Program-made: the position numbers and the translations under genes | Shown here: positions 26,600-39,329 of the stretch, in pieces | How the letters are laid out: each line of letters opens with the position of its first letter | How positions within the stretch are numbered: the first letter of the stretch is position 1 | Notes under the pieces: generated by a model | What the model was told of the DNA's origin: nothing | Database searches by the model: none | The model's input: the letters and a program-made list of their open reading frames with translations, nothing else | Assembly (NCBI RefSeq): GCF_009834535.1 | Contig: NC_045697.1 | Span: forward strand, 93,436,001-93,500,000 | Source: Camelus ferus | Lineage: Eukaryota | DNA: 64,000 nt | Direction: 5' to 3'

Positions 26600-27060
26600 C
26601 CTTTAGGGATGAACACCATTTACTTAGTTAAAGTGAAGAAATTAACTATCTGAACATGTTGCAAACCTCTCAGTACGAAGTCTGAATTCACACTGTTACC
26701 TGGGGCCTGAAGCATCCTGATGGCTCTGATTTTAGCAGTATACATAAACAAGGTAAAAAAAAAAAAAGGATTTCTGAATTTATAACTTAAGTGTGGCTCA
26801 CAGATTTTCCACTGCATCCAGTGATCATTATACCTAGTACCAAAATATAAAATATTTACAGCATACTTAGTAGATATCAGAAGCTACATTTCATCCTTAG
26901 GTTGTGGGATAAACAGTTTTATAATGAGAAGACCAAAGAAAAGACCCTGAAAGTGTCCCACCCTGGCTAAGATAGTAAATAAAATAATACTGCATCCTGG
27001 GAAGGATGATTGAGTTTACCGCCACTCCCAGCAACTTAAAAAATTCAGAAGATCCTCAAC
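26600..27060 (+). mobile_element. ERVL internal (protease/RT boundary) relic
   Basis: ctggctaagatagtaaataaaataatactgcatcctgggaaggatgattgagtttaccgccact matches the recalled ERVL motif KIVNQKQYRIPGG.AEISAT in decayed form. Confidence 0.6.
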
Positions 27061-27127
27061 TGAGAATAGGTTTGATTGAAATGCATCTTTATCACAGCTT
27101 CAGGAATTTTTGTTGAGCTACTCAAGA

Positions 27128-27541
27128 TTTTTTTTAACATTTTTTATTGATTTGTAATCATTTTACAATGTTGTGTCAAATTCCAGTGTAGAGCACAATT
27201 TTTCAGTTATACATGAACATTATATATATGCATTGTCACATTTTTTTCTCTGTGAGCTACCATAAGATCTTATATATATTTTCCTGTGCTATACAGTATA
27301 ATCTTGTTTATCTGTTCTACAATTTTGAAATCCCAGTCTATCTCTTCCCACCCCCTGCCCCCTCGGCAACCATAAGTTTATATTCTATGTCTGTGAGTCT
27401 ATTTCTGTTTTGTATTTATGCTTTGTTTGTTTGTTTTTTAGATTCCACATATGAGCGATCTCATATGGTATTTTTCTTTCTCTTTCTGGCTTATGCTCCT
27501 GGAGAATGTCATTCTAAGTGAAGTAAGCCAGAAAGAGAAAG
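27128..27541 (-). mobile_element. Young camelid-type L1 3' end with 5' inversion
   Basis: T-rich tail at 27128 and antisense 3' UTR to 27493, then a sense-strand ORF2-end piece cctggagaatgtcattctaagtgaagtaagccagaaagagaaag (about 27498-27541). Right flank reads ttctt/aa. Confidence 0.85.
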
Positions 27542-28908
27542 GATTTTCTTAAATGAAATATATTATTAAAAATGTAAGATACTAGTTTTAAAGGAAACCT
27601 TGTCTCACATGATCCTCAGTGTCAAGGCCAGGTTTGGCTATATTATATGAATAAATTGACTAAACTTTATATTTTACCTGGCATACCACTGGGCAGGTAT
27701 GAGTGGAAATATGAAGTATTATTTCCTTGTTTGTGAAAATTTCATGTAATTTATATGTTGTTCTTTATTAGATCATGTCAACTAGTCCTTGAAGAAATAA
27801 GAAATTGAGATGTTTTCATTGTGACTTTCCAACCTATTTAAGTTCTTTTCAGTGAATTTAAATTGATTTTTAACTCAAGATTTGTTCTCCATTAAATAAT
27901 TTTAAATTTTCATTATTGGTTTGAATATTTGCAGCATTCTTTCTCTTACACAAATTCCTGTTTTCATTATTATCATGAACGGAAATTCCTCTCATGTTCT
28001 CTTCTCATTTTTCCTCAACATAGGAAGCTACCAAATTTGGGCTTAACTAAAATATGTTTGAAACTGTTAAGTTTTTAATCATGTATTTTTTTGTGTGTGT
28101 GGAAAATATATGATTCCTAGCTAGTTTCTTTGCCTGAGTTGTATCTTCAGGCTGACAGCTACCAGTTATTTCTGTAATCACTTAACTTATGTACAGTTAT
28201 ATATGCATCTCCTCAAAAATTTTGCTCATTGTCAGTAACCAACTTAAGTGGCAGAATTTGTTACATCAAGAGGAAGTATTTTTCATTAAAATAAGTTCTT
28301 TAACTGTTGAAGGAATTTAGCCTTATTAACAGAGGATGAAGCTTCACCAAATCCATCTGAGTTACCTTCTTACATTGTATAAATTGCTTAATTTATTTTG
28401 TAGAAGTTAAAGTATTTAAAGATGGTTATATTGTGCATATTTGTCATCCTTTTGTTTAAATGGGTGAAATGATTTCATTCCAAATGATGAGGCATAAAAT
28501 AATAATTTTAATTACAAAAGCTTAACAATAATTTAATGTTTTCTGCCTTAAACTATTGTCAGATTTCAGAAATATTATAGAACTAAAGATATAACTGTTT
28601 ATCATTTATTATTATTTACTATGTAAAATATCTGTATTTGTTTTAAAATTAAACATACTGTTATTGAAGTCAAATATATGGCTAGATAGACCAACTTAAA
28701 AATATTTCTAAAAAATGAATAAATACTATTTTGACATTGAACTTGTTAATATCAGCTTTCATAAAGTCATAGGTACATAAAAGAGGGTATCTTAATATCT
28801 CCTGGATGGTTTATTTCATTTCTATAGAATGCATAATTCTCCTTGATTAGCGCCTTTCCATCATATTATATATATACGTATATTTTTATATTCTTAGTAC
28901 AAAAACCA

Positions 28909-29135
28909 TGTATAGTTGGGTTCTTCAGGAAACAGTTACTAACACAAATTTAGCAGTGCAGAAAGCTTTTTGCAGGGTAATGCTCATAAAAGTAAAAAGG
29001 CAGGGATGAGAGGCGGGGAAGGAGGAACTAAACATGGAGAATCATGAGACCGTAATTCAGGTCCGTTAAAGTCTTAAAAGGCCAGTGGAGAAAATAGACC
29101 AAAGATTAGTCAGGAAAAAGCCCCAAGTTGAGACT
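28909..29135 (-). mobile_element. LTR16-like ERVL LTR fragment
   Basis: tgtatagttgggttcttcaggaaacag...ttagcagtgcagaaag resembles the reverse LTR16 terminus. Confidence 0.45.
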
Positions 29136-29694
29136 AATTGTTTGTATTTATTTTTATTAAACCGTCACTAAGTGATTTGGAACTAATTCATTGATTTGTA
29201 GTCTCATCTGTAGGCTCTTTTTTTTTTTTTTTTAACTTCACTCTGTCCACAACAGTCATGAGCTGCATTTGAAAACAAATAAGCTAAGACGTGGAAGAAT
29301 ATTTATCTATATAACAAGGAGAAATTAGAGAATGTGAGGTTGTCTGAGACCTCCCAGCCAAAGCGTTAGTCTTTCTGCAGAGCAGGACCACTGGGGAAAC
29401 AAAACTGCATCAAGGAAATGGAACACTGCCTGGTGCTTAAGGCAATCAATCCTAATTATGCCAGGGATGATGATCATGTTACCCCAACAAGAATGCTGAG
29501 ATTGCAGAACAGCGAAGGAAGCCATTTTGCCGTGTTGTAACACAGGTTCAACATCAGACCCTGATCCTGCCAGGAGACGGGACAATGCTTTTTCTTTATA
29601 TCTGACAGCCCAAGTGACAGGATTACTGTCCCAATGTCTGATCTCTGGTCCTGAAATTCTTCTGCTGCTTGTGTTTTGGAAAAGAAACAAGGAA

Positions 29695-30470
29695 GACTTC
29701 AAACTTTGGCAAGATGGAGTAGATGTACTATTCCGTATTCTTCCCACCATGTACAAGTAAAAATTCTAGAGATTACATTTATTTTTTAAAATTATAATGA
29801 CTAAAAGGATTTTTCTAAAAGTCAGCGAGAAAAAGTAGACTAATAGGGGTACATGGGCATTTGGCCGAAGTGAGCTGAAATGGGATGGCAACATTCCTCC
29901 TGCTTCAATTGTGTCAAAGCAAGTAAGCTAAAATAGAAGTTGCAAGTAAGAGCCAAACATTCATGAAATGATACTCACAACGTCCAGGTCTGAATCTTCA
30001 ATCAGTTGTTACAGCAAGAATCAGGAAGACCTCAAACTGAATGAAAAAAAGGAAAGCACTGGACGCAAACACTGAGAAGAAAGAGGCTAGAATTACCTGA
30101 TGAAGACTGTAAACCAGCTCTCATAAAAATGCTCTCATGAGCAATTACAGACACAAATGAAAGAAATTTAAATCTTAGCAAAGAAATCGAAAGTCTCAGA
30201 AAAATAAAAGATACAATACTGAAGAACCAAATGGAAATTTAAAAACTGAAAAATACTATAGGAAAACAAAGAAATTCAGTGGATAGGCTCAGTATCAGAC
30301 GGAGGGGACAGAATAATAAACCAGTGAACTTAGGTATAGGAAAGAGGAAATTGTCCAAGCTAAACAAGAGAAGAAATAGAATGAAAAAGAAAAAAAAATA
30401 AGTAGCAGAGCTCAATGGGCCTGTGAGACCATAAAAAAAAAATCTATCATTGTGTAATCATAGTCATCTA
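29695..30470 (+). mobile_element. Old L1M 5' UTR/ORF1 relic
   Basis: gacttc...ggcaagatggagtagatgtac start, then A-rich coiled-coil-type ORF1 sequence (aagaaccaaatggaaatttaaaaactgaaaaatac; agtggataggctcagtatcaga). Confidence 0.75.
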
Positions 30471-32984
30471 CAAGTAATAATCATATAATTTATATTAAAA
30501 AAATCACAATTTAGAGTTTTAATTCTTCTACATGCAATGAAATACACGTGTTCTAGGATGCGAGGAATTTCTTAAAGATTACCTTTGGAAAACAAGAATT
30601 ATGATAAAGTATTGTTTATGTATATGGACCTTATACTGCCTTCATTTGCATTCAACAGTTAGTATATTGACTGCATAGAAACTCAGCAGACGATCACATT
30701 CTAAATCAGGAGTTTTGAGTTTATAAAATTTTGGTCTAGTTGCCTCTTCTGCCTGTCTAAAATTTAAGTCAGTCACTATCCTGTGTATGTTTATTAGTAA
30801 AAACTATTACAATCTATAGTACACTGTGGTTTTTAAATTGATGAGCAAAATGAAAGAAAGCACTGCAAAATGGGCACTCTGGAGATTTTATTACCTTCTC
30901 TTAAAAAAGTCAGATTCATTTAAAAAGAAAGAAAGAAAAAGAACAACATGAATGACTTCCTACTTTCCTCCCCAACTTCAGAAACATAAATTAAAAAGAA
31001 AAGAAAGAAACAGCATGGATTATGAGAGTGATATTATTATATTATAAAGAGTTGCCTTAGTTAAAGTAATAGGGAAAAAACACTTTTAAAAACCAATACA
31101 GATTTTTGTTTTTCAGTTTGGATTATTTCGTATAACAAATGGTGAAGTCATAGGAAAGTAGGTGACAATGCTGCATATCACTTATTAAGAAAATCTGTAA
31201 TATAACAATTGTTACTGGATATAGTATAATGTGTAACACCATGTTTTATTATATATCCCCTAAGGGGCTTTGATATTATTAATAGTGCTTTGTCTTTCTT
31301 AAAGTTGTTGAAACTAACATAAGATAAATGTTGATACTTTCAGTTTTCCTTAAAGGTGAAAATACAAATATGTGTCAATTGATACTACTTTATGCCAAAT
31401 ATTCTGATTTATTAAGCCAGTTTTTAGAGCTGAATCTCTGTATATTTCTTTGCAAAAAGATACCCGGACAAATATGCCCGTGTTGAAAGAAATGTAGTTA
31501 CTCATACTGATGGTGGTGGGGTTTACTGGCTTGATGAGAAGGCAAGTTCTGTACCCAAGAAATATTTAAATAACAATATTGGCCAACATTTCTATAAATA
31601 ATAAGAGAGATTAATGTGACTTTCTGCTTCTGACAGTTTCTCTAAATACTTATTAGTCTGCATAATACATACTTTATTTCACTGCATGTAAACCATTTGA
31701 TGTTTAGTTGACTCTGATTATAATTATTTATATTATAAATCAGATATTTGTGTTTATTGTCAATCTAAAGCCATTGTAGAAACAAAGTCAGATTTAATTA
31801 TCGCATTTTTATTGATGTTATTTATATTGTAATAATTTACTTTTCTACACAGCAAAAGTCCATAAAATTAAATCATGATTTCTCTTTACTGAATATGTAC
31901 AGCATCCTCTGAATCTGGACCACACCATGAATGCATGAATAGAGAAAATTTTATTATTTCTCAGACCTCGTAATAACTTCACCATGTTTCAAATGCATGT
32001 ATTAAATACTACAGACACACACGGAAACAAACACACATACATACATATATGTTAAACATTTTCATTAAAAGTTGTAATAATAAATAATAACAATAAATAA
32101 TAAATAAAACATTTTCTTAATAGTAATAGATGATTATTTCATGTTAGGGATAGTTACTACATTTAAAATAGTTATTAAATTCAAAACAAATGCTTTATAT
32201 TTGAAAGCAGCCAGGATGACACCAATTATAACACAAGGACACTATAGGGACGGACAGCTGTTATACACTCCATGTACCAGGTGCAAAAACAATATACCTT
32301 TCTGGTTGTAATTAACAACTGCAATAAATCCTTTTTAATACACTGAATGTTACACATAAAATATTTCCAACTCAATTGTATTTTTATTACCCTTTTTGTT
32401 CTGTTTGAATACCGTCTTCCTGTTCTATTTGAACATTAATTTGTAGGTAGAATGATTCTAAATTTTATATTAAATCAAAACATTTTTTTCCAAATATGAA
32501 ATTAATTAAACCAGAAAAATTCAGTGGAAATATTATGTTACTTAGTGATCTAGAATGCCTAATTAACTAATTAATATTTTACAATACTACTCTTAAGGAA
32601 AACTTGTTTAAGGAAGACAATTTTGTAGGCTGGTGAAATACTTGGCAAAATCCTAATTTCTGTATTTATACTTATTGCAGACAAAATACAATATATTTTA
32701 ATTTTAACAATAGTTCTATAAAATAGCATGCTACGCAAACTAAAATATAATCATAAATATGCACAGTTAAGAACTGATTATTTTGCAAGGTCCAATTAGT
32801 TCTAGTTAATTTGCCCATTCCTCCCAGTATACCCACATTTTTGAATCTAAGATCATGCCTGAATGTAAATTTCTTATGAAAAATTTAAGAAATAGTATAT
32901 AGATACAGATGATCATCAGCTATGTAACATATAGGTTTTCTAAGCATTAAAATATTTGAATCTTCATTCTCTTTGCCCAACCTA

Positions 32985-33395
32985 GAAAAATTAGGTTAAG
33001 CTAGGCAATGCTGTGGTAGCAAATAAACCCCAGTATATGTGGGCTTTGTCACAATAAATGATAAATTTCTCTCTCATATTACAATCCAAGCATGTTAGGT
33101 GGACAGCCCTCCATTTGATGATTCAGAGATTTAGGCTTCTTACGCAGGCCCGCCCATTCACTAGGGCTCCATGGTTCTCCATTGGAAACACTGTATTCAG
33201 CCAGAATAAAGCAAGAACAAGGATTTCACAAGAGATCTTAGACATCTAGTCTGAGACCATCACTTGTACCCAATATTCCTTTAGCCAGAACAGTCTGATG
33301 GCCTTATCTTTTAGTAAAGTTGGGAAATGTAGTATATCTCTGTGTCCATAAACAAAATAATTGGGTCTGGTGAGTTCATAACATTGTCTGAATAC
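32985..33395 (-). mobile_element. MaLR LTR, MLT1I/J-like
   Basis: ctaggcaatgctgtggtagcaaataaacccca...tagccagaac...ttgggaaatgtagt follows the MLT1J pattern. Confidence 0.7.
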
Positions 33396-33874
33396 ACTGG
33401 AAAATTCACAAACAGACCTGCCTAACTAACTGTGCCAACTTGCTTGTTAAATTATTTTATGGAGTGGTTATATTTTGATAGTGTGCTAAAATTGCAAATT
33501 CATCACCAGTCTCTACCAAGGTCAACTTGAAATATCCCAGGTGCACTGCTGTCCCTATGATATCAGCATTTGCCTCTAGTGGTGATAACTAACCTATCTT
33601 TATTCTGAGGCAAGTAATAATCTGATCCTGCATCCAGATCTATAGCCAGCAGGACTATTATTCTTTTCTATATGAAAGGTAAATTTTCTAAAATGAACTT
33701 GTTGCCTGTCAACTCCCTTTAGAAAAAATATTACCTGTGTATGCACATAAATATATGCATTATTAAACACCAATGATAAATATAATAGAAATATGTTCAT
33801 TACTTCCCATATGAGATTATGAGCTTTTTAAATGTAAGAGTTAAACCTTAAAATCTTTATGTCACAGGACTGAC

Positions 33875-34455
33875 AAGTCTTAAAGTCGTGTAATTTCCCC
33901 AGTGTGAAAAACAGCCAACTTGAGTATAAAACCCTTAGTCCTTTAAATTGCACATATAGTTCAACATGATCTGTTACTTGCCTACCTCTCCAGCATAATT
34001 CTGTGATATGTGTCTCCTTTCTCTAGCTATAATATCTTTCTTTTGAATTCATTAAATAGCCCTTCCCACTCAGAATCTGTAAGCATGCTGTTGTCTTTTC
34101 GTGGAACACTCTCTTGGCACTCTCATAATCGTAATTATATCATTGTTCAGATGTTTATTAATATTATGTAAACATAAATATATATCTAAAGACATACTGC
34201 TGAGACATCCTGCCACATATTCTTACCCATTTCTTTGACCACCTGACCTGCAGAGTCATGTAATTTTACAGCATCTTGTACATAATATTAATGACAATTA
34301 AATCCTGCAAGTACACATGTTTGCATGTTGTCATTCTCACACATAAAACTGTCAACACCCATATATATCTTCTTCACGCTATATCTTTAGTAAATAACTC
34401 TGTACATGGCATTATATTAGGCCCTAAATAAACATTTCTTGAATCAATGAGTGGG
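33875..34455 (+). mobile_element. L2 3' end
   Basis: catgatctgttacttgcctacctctccagc...gcatgctgtt...tggaacactct, with terminal aaacatttcttgaatcaatga. Confidence 0.7.
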
Positions 34456-34694
34456 AAATAGGCATCTTTTTTTTTCCCCTTTACATAGCATCCAACTATA
34501 CTAAAATAAGGAGGCTGGGTACGTAAGAAAGACACACTTGTGCAAATATAATTACAAGTCTTCTACACAGTTGACCCACAGTTTATTTTACAAACACATG
34601 GGCATATGCAGACACATACACACACACACTCTCTCTCTCTCTTTCTCAATTTTTTCTCTCTATTCTCTTCTTTAAGAAAATTGAAAGGTTGCCT

Positions 34695-35215
34695 TGTTAC
34701 CAAGTCCAGACTTGTTCTGCTGGCCACAAAACAGGCCAGTGAATTGGGAGATGAGGTGCTGGGGCAAGGAATAGCGACTGTATTTGGAAAGCTGGCTGAC
34801 TGAGAAGATGGCAGACTAATGTCCTGGAGAGCCATCTTCTTCCAAGTCAGAATTTAGCCTCCTTTTGTACTAAAAAGGGAAGGGAGTATGGTTGGTTGTT
34901 GCAAACTTCTTGGTGTTGGAATCCTTTGTTCTTGCAACTGTCCATGCAGGTCAGGACATGATGTTCCTCTAAACCTACAACAAGACAAATGTTATTTTCT
35001 ATTCTGCAACTTTTTATCTTTCTATGGATGGGAAAGCGTTATACCCTTAAAGGTCAGAGCCTTGAGAATGGGCTATCCTCTATTTTTCAGACTATAGGCA
35101 ACATTCTTTTATGAAAGTTGCAGAACCAGCAGGACTAAACATGGGAAACAGAGCACAGGGTTAGAACTAAAGGAACGGATCAAATATGGAGTCAGATTTG
35201 TTCTTTTCTATCACA
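34695..35215 (-). mobile_element. ERV1-class solo LTR (521 bp)
   Basis: TG...CA termini (tgttacc...tatcaca) with an exact GCCT TSD (34691-34694 and 35216-35219). The minus-strand polyA signal appears decayed to AATACA near 34780. Confidence 0.85.
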
Positions 35216-35484
35216 GCCTTACCAAGAGAATACAGAAAGCTTCTTGATAATAATCTGACAAAGATAACTCAATGCTCCCTTCATCCTCCTACCTCATAAG
35301 CATATTTAAATAAAAAAAAACACTTAATGAAATTGAACCAGTAAAGATAAAAGCATGCATATGCCAGATCACTGAATGTTACATATCAAATATTTCCAAC
35401 TCAGTTGTATGCTTATTTTCACAAAATGCCAAGACCAATATTTCAAGTTAAAAAAAATACTTGGGTGTTGATTTTAAAATCATC

Positions 35485-35883
35485 TTCTGGATTCATATGG
35501 TTTTACCCAGGCATTCAAGGCCAGTTGTGGGTCAGGGAGCTTGCTGTTTCTCATGGCTGGTTTTTCTCACTAATTTGGGAAATGGCTGCTCTAGACTATA
35601 CAGGAAGCCAAGAGTGGGGAAAATGAGCTTTTTTTCAAATGGTGCTACATCTTTCACCAGGCTAATTTAGGCTACTTCCCATGGTAGTGTTGTGGTTCCA
35701 AGACAATGTGCTTGTCTTTTGCGACCTACCACACCCCCTTGGCAAATGCAAGTCACAAGGCAAGCCAGATTCAAGGAGTATGAAATTAGACTTTTCTTCA
35801 GAGAGGAAGCTGCATATTCACATCGGGAGGGACATTGGCATGAAGTAACTAGTTGTGGGAAGTTTTGCAATTAATCTACCACA
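35485..35883 (-). mobile_element. MaLR LTR fragment, MLT1F/H-like
   Basis: gcaagtcacaaggcaagccagattcaagg...gaggaagctgca...ttttgcaattaatctaccaca terminus. Confidence 0.7.
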
Positions 35884-35997
35884 GTCTCTCTGTAACTGAA
35901 TCATCAGATTAAATTTGTTATATCAAATAATCCTCCCACCCACTCACTACCACAGGAAAAAAAATATTGCTTTTCTTTGAATCTCCCATGTGGCTAG

Positions 35998-36533
35998 TGT
36001 CAAAGAAGACACTTGTGCCTGAGTTAAATAGGGCAAGGAAGATATTGAAGACAATTGCAATCCAACTCTAGTGAAACAAAAATCAAGAGGGTTTTAAGTG
36101 CTGGGATATGCTAGTGGAAAAGTGCTGGAGGACATATTGTGAAGGGAGAGGTCGGTCAATGGGATGCATCACGCACTTTGTGTTATTTCTGAGTTTGCAA
36201 ATGCTTCTCTCTTTGTTAGGCCATCTGTGTTGCTACTTGGCAACCAGGGAAGTTAAGCTTATACCTCTCACAGTGAATGGGATGTACTGGGGCTCTATCT
36301 TTCTTGGTGGTTACCTTTCAAAGGGATGGCTCACTGGTCCTTAAGAAAGACGTTTTTGGAACCTAAACCTGGCTAAAGGAGACTTATATACATTTCAAAG
36401 AGGGACAGAGGAAAAATTGAAATGGCAAGTCATCTAATGCAAATGCTCTAAGAACAGGGAGGTCAGGGGCCTCTAGTCAGGAAAAAGTTTTCTAAAGTTT
36501 AGTCGACCTGAGGAGAGAAGGCTATCTTGAGCA
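35998..36533 (-). mobile_element. Older ERV1 solo LTR, MER31/MER67-like
   Basis: tgtcaaagaa...gagttaaatagggcaaggaaga start and aaatgctctaagaacagggaggtcagggg...tcttgagca end. Flanks ctag/ctaa form a near 4-bp TSD. Confidence 0.65.
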
Positions 36534-37499
36534 CTAAATATGTTCCATTCATTCAATCAACTCTCTCAACTGCCTTCTCTAATTATATTACGTTAAATTA
36601 ATTCTACCACTTTAAAAGCAATTAAATGATTTTCTTTCTATCCTCATTGATTATATGTATGATTACATATATGTACACATATAAATCCCTATTTTTCCAG
36701 ATCTATTAATAATAGTTTCTAAATCTATTTTATTGTTAGTGTTACATACATAAATATCATAGGTAGAGTAAAATTAATTTACATTTTTATAGTTAATTTA
36801 TTTATACAAGTAACCTTTTGAATTGTTTACATTAGGAAAAAGAAAACTGTACTTTACTTAAATTGGACATTTTTATCTTGGACTAAATTAGCCAACATTT
36901 TTACTATCACATGCTATTTCTTATAAGTGGAGTAACATTTATCCTCATGAACAAACTTGTAGAAGAAATAAGATTTTGCCATTTAGACTTTGCTCATGAA
37001 TAAAATGCCTTTAGGGGAAAACAGAAATGACTTTTTTCTACCCATTTTCTTACCAGAATAACAACTCAACTGACATAAGTGAAATTTTATAAAAAGAGAC
37101 ACATTTTGTTTGGAGACAAGTATGAAATATTCCAACCTTAAAGGTGGACTTTTTAGAAAATGGTGAACTGAGAAAAACAACAAGGTTAATGGGAGAGCAG
37201 TTATAGGCTCACCTATGTTGTTAACATAAATTGCATTGCCATAAAATTGTACCATCCTTTTCTACACAGAATCAAGAGCATTTTATCATAACAAAAGTCT
37301 ATTCTTTTCAAACTCAGCAGGAAATAGGCAGTAGTGGAATTCTTAATAGAATGCACAGTGATAAAGAATTCAGCTCAGCTATGTCTTATAAATGTACAAG
37401 TTAAAAGAAACTTTCTTACAAATGGACTGACCTTCAAAATAGTAATATCTTACCTAAAACAAAGATCTGCTGCTTAGGTACTTCGAGACTTTGAGATAC

Positions 37500-37568
37500 A
37501 TATATATATATGTGCACACACATACACACACACATACACACACAAACACACACACACACACACACACA
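37500..37568. repeat. (TA)n/(CA)n compound microsatellite
   Basis: Seen directly. Confidence 0.92.
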
Positions 37569-38174
37569 GGTAAAAGATGTATTCATACAATTTGTTGAAG
37601 TACCATTTTTGAAATAAAATAGGTCTCCAACTTTAGAAAAATACATGAACAAATAATTTTCATCTATGTGTCATCAACTTCCAGGTCTTCAGAGTAATGG
37701 TGCTGTCCCTCCTCTTTATGACTCTGATAGTTGAACTTGCCACAGACATCCATCTAGTTTCCTGAGCAGGCTCATCAGTAATCTGTGAACCAGACTTTAC
37801 ATCATATGGCAAGACACGATCGACATCAGTGAGGAAGTGAAATGCAGTCAATCCGTCAGCACTGATGTCAGTGTTAGCTGTGACCCAGCTCCACAAGGCT
37901 GATCATGTTCAGAAGATGGATGTACTAGGATTATATTAGCAGCTGCTGAAGGTAAGTTAGAACAACGTGAATGTGGGCAAAGTGTAGAGAAGTGAAAAAA
38001 AATTCATGGTTGGTACCACAATACCATTTCAGAACATGAGATGTTATTGGTTATGTTACTTAAAATATTTTGTTATAAATACTCTTAGTCCCTCCTTTTT
38101 TACATCAGACACATTGGTAATGCTGCTATAGAACCAAGAATTTAAAAAAAAAATTGCAGCTTGGAAAGCACACC

Positions 38175-38219
38175 TTTATTTTATTTTATTTTATTTTATT
38201 TTATTTTATTTTATTTTAT
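38175..38219. repeat. (TTTTA)n microsatellite
   Basis: Seen directly, about nine units. Confidence 0.95.
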
Positions 38220-38438
38220 GGTTGTAATAACATTTATAATATAAAATCTGAGGCAATAGAAGAAAAATAGGACACTTTTCAGTTATCAGATGAAGCTCCA
38301 AGTACAATTTAACTTTTCTATAATTCAGATGGTTCTCAATTCTCACATATTCTTATGTGTTTGTGTTGGGAGAAAAAAAGATTTTAAACAACAATCAAAG
38401 GCAATCTCTTCTATAAATTAACCCTGGTAAAATAAAAC

Positions 38439-39254
38439 TTTTTTGTAATTGAAGTACAGTTGATATACAATGTTGTGTTAGTTCTAGCGTACAGCAAAGT
38501 GATTTAGTTATACATATATATATGTGTATATATATACATATAGATATACATACATACATAAATTCCTCTTCAGATTCCTTCCCATTATAGGTTATTACAG
38601 GATATTGAATACAGTTCTGTGTGCTATACAATAGGACCTTGTTGTTTATGTACTTTATATATAGTAGTATGTATCTATTAATTCCAAGTTCCTAACTTAT
38701 CCCTCCCCACTTTTCCCTTTTGGTAACCATAAATTTGTTTTCTATGTTTGTGAGTCTTTTTCTGTTTCATAAATAAGTTCATTTGTATCATTTTTTTTAG
38801 ATTACACATATAAGTGATATGTAATATTTGTCTTACTCTGTCTGGCCTAACTTAGTAAGATAATCTCTAGGTCCATCCATGTTGCTGCAAATAGAATTAT
38901 TTCATTCTTTTTTTGGCTGAGTAATATTCCATTGTATATAAATACCACATCTTTATCCATTCATCTGTCGATGGGCATGTAGTTTGCTTCCATGTCTTAG
39001 CTATTGTAAATAGTGCTTATATGAACATTGGGGTGCATGTGTCTTTTTAAATTAAAGCTCCCTCTGGATATATGCCCAGAAGTGGGACTGCTGGATCACA
39101 TGGTAAGTCTATTTTTCATTTTCTAAGGAACTTCCGTTCTGTTTTCCATAGTGGCTGCACCAATTTACATTCCTACCAATAGTGTAGGAGGGTTTCCTTT
39201 TCTCCACACCCTCTCTAGCATTTATTATTTGCAGACTTTTTCAATATGATCATT
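38439..39254 (-). mobile_element. 5'-truncated cetartiodactyl-type L1 3' end
   Basis: aattgaagtacagttgatatacaatgttgtgttagtt 3' UTR, followed by antisense ORF2 C-terminus (tctctaggtccatccatgttgctgcaaat; agtggctgcaccaatttacattcc). Confidence 0.9.
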
Positions 39255-39329
39255 AAACTGTTCATTCTGCTGTGAACTACAATACATGCTAATGAAATAA
39301 TCTGAAATATCTTACATTTTTATTAACTT

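Noticed and set aside
29325..29756. 143-aa minus-strand ORF
   Set aside because: No recognisable protein motif, and its start overlaps the antisense of an L1M 5' relic.
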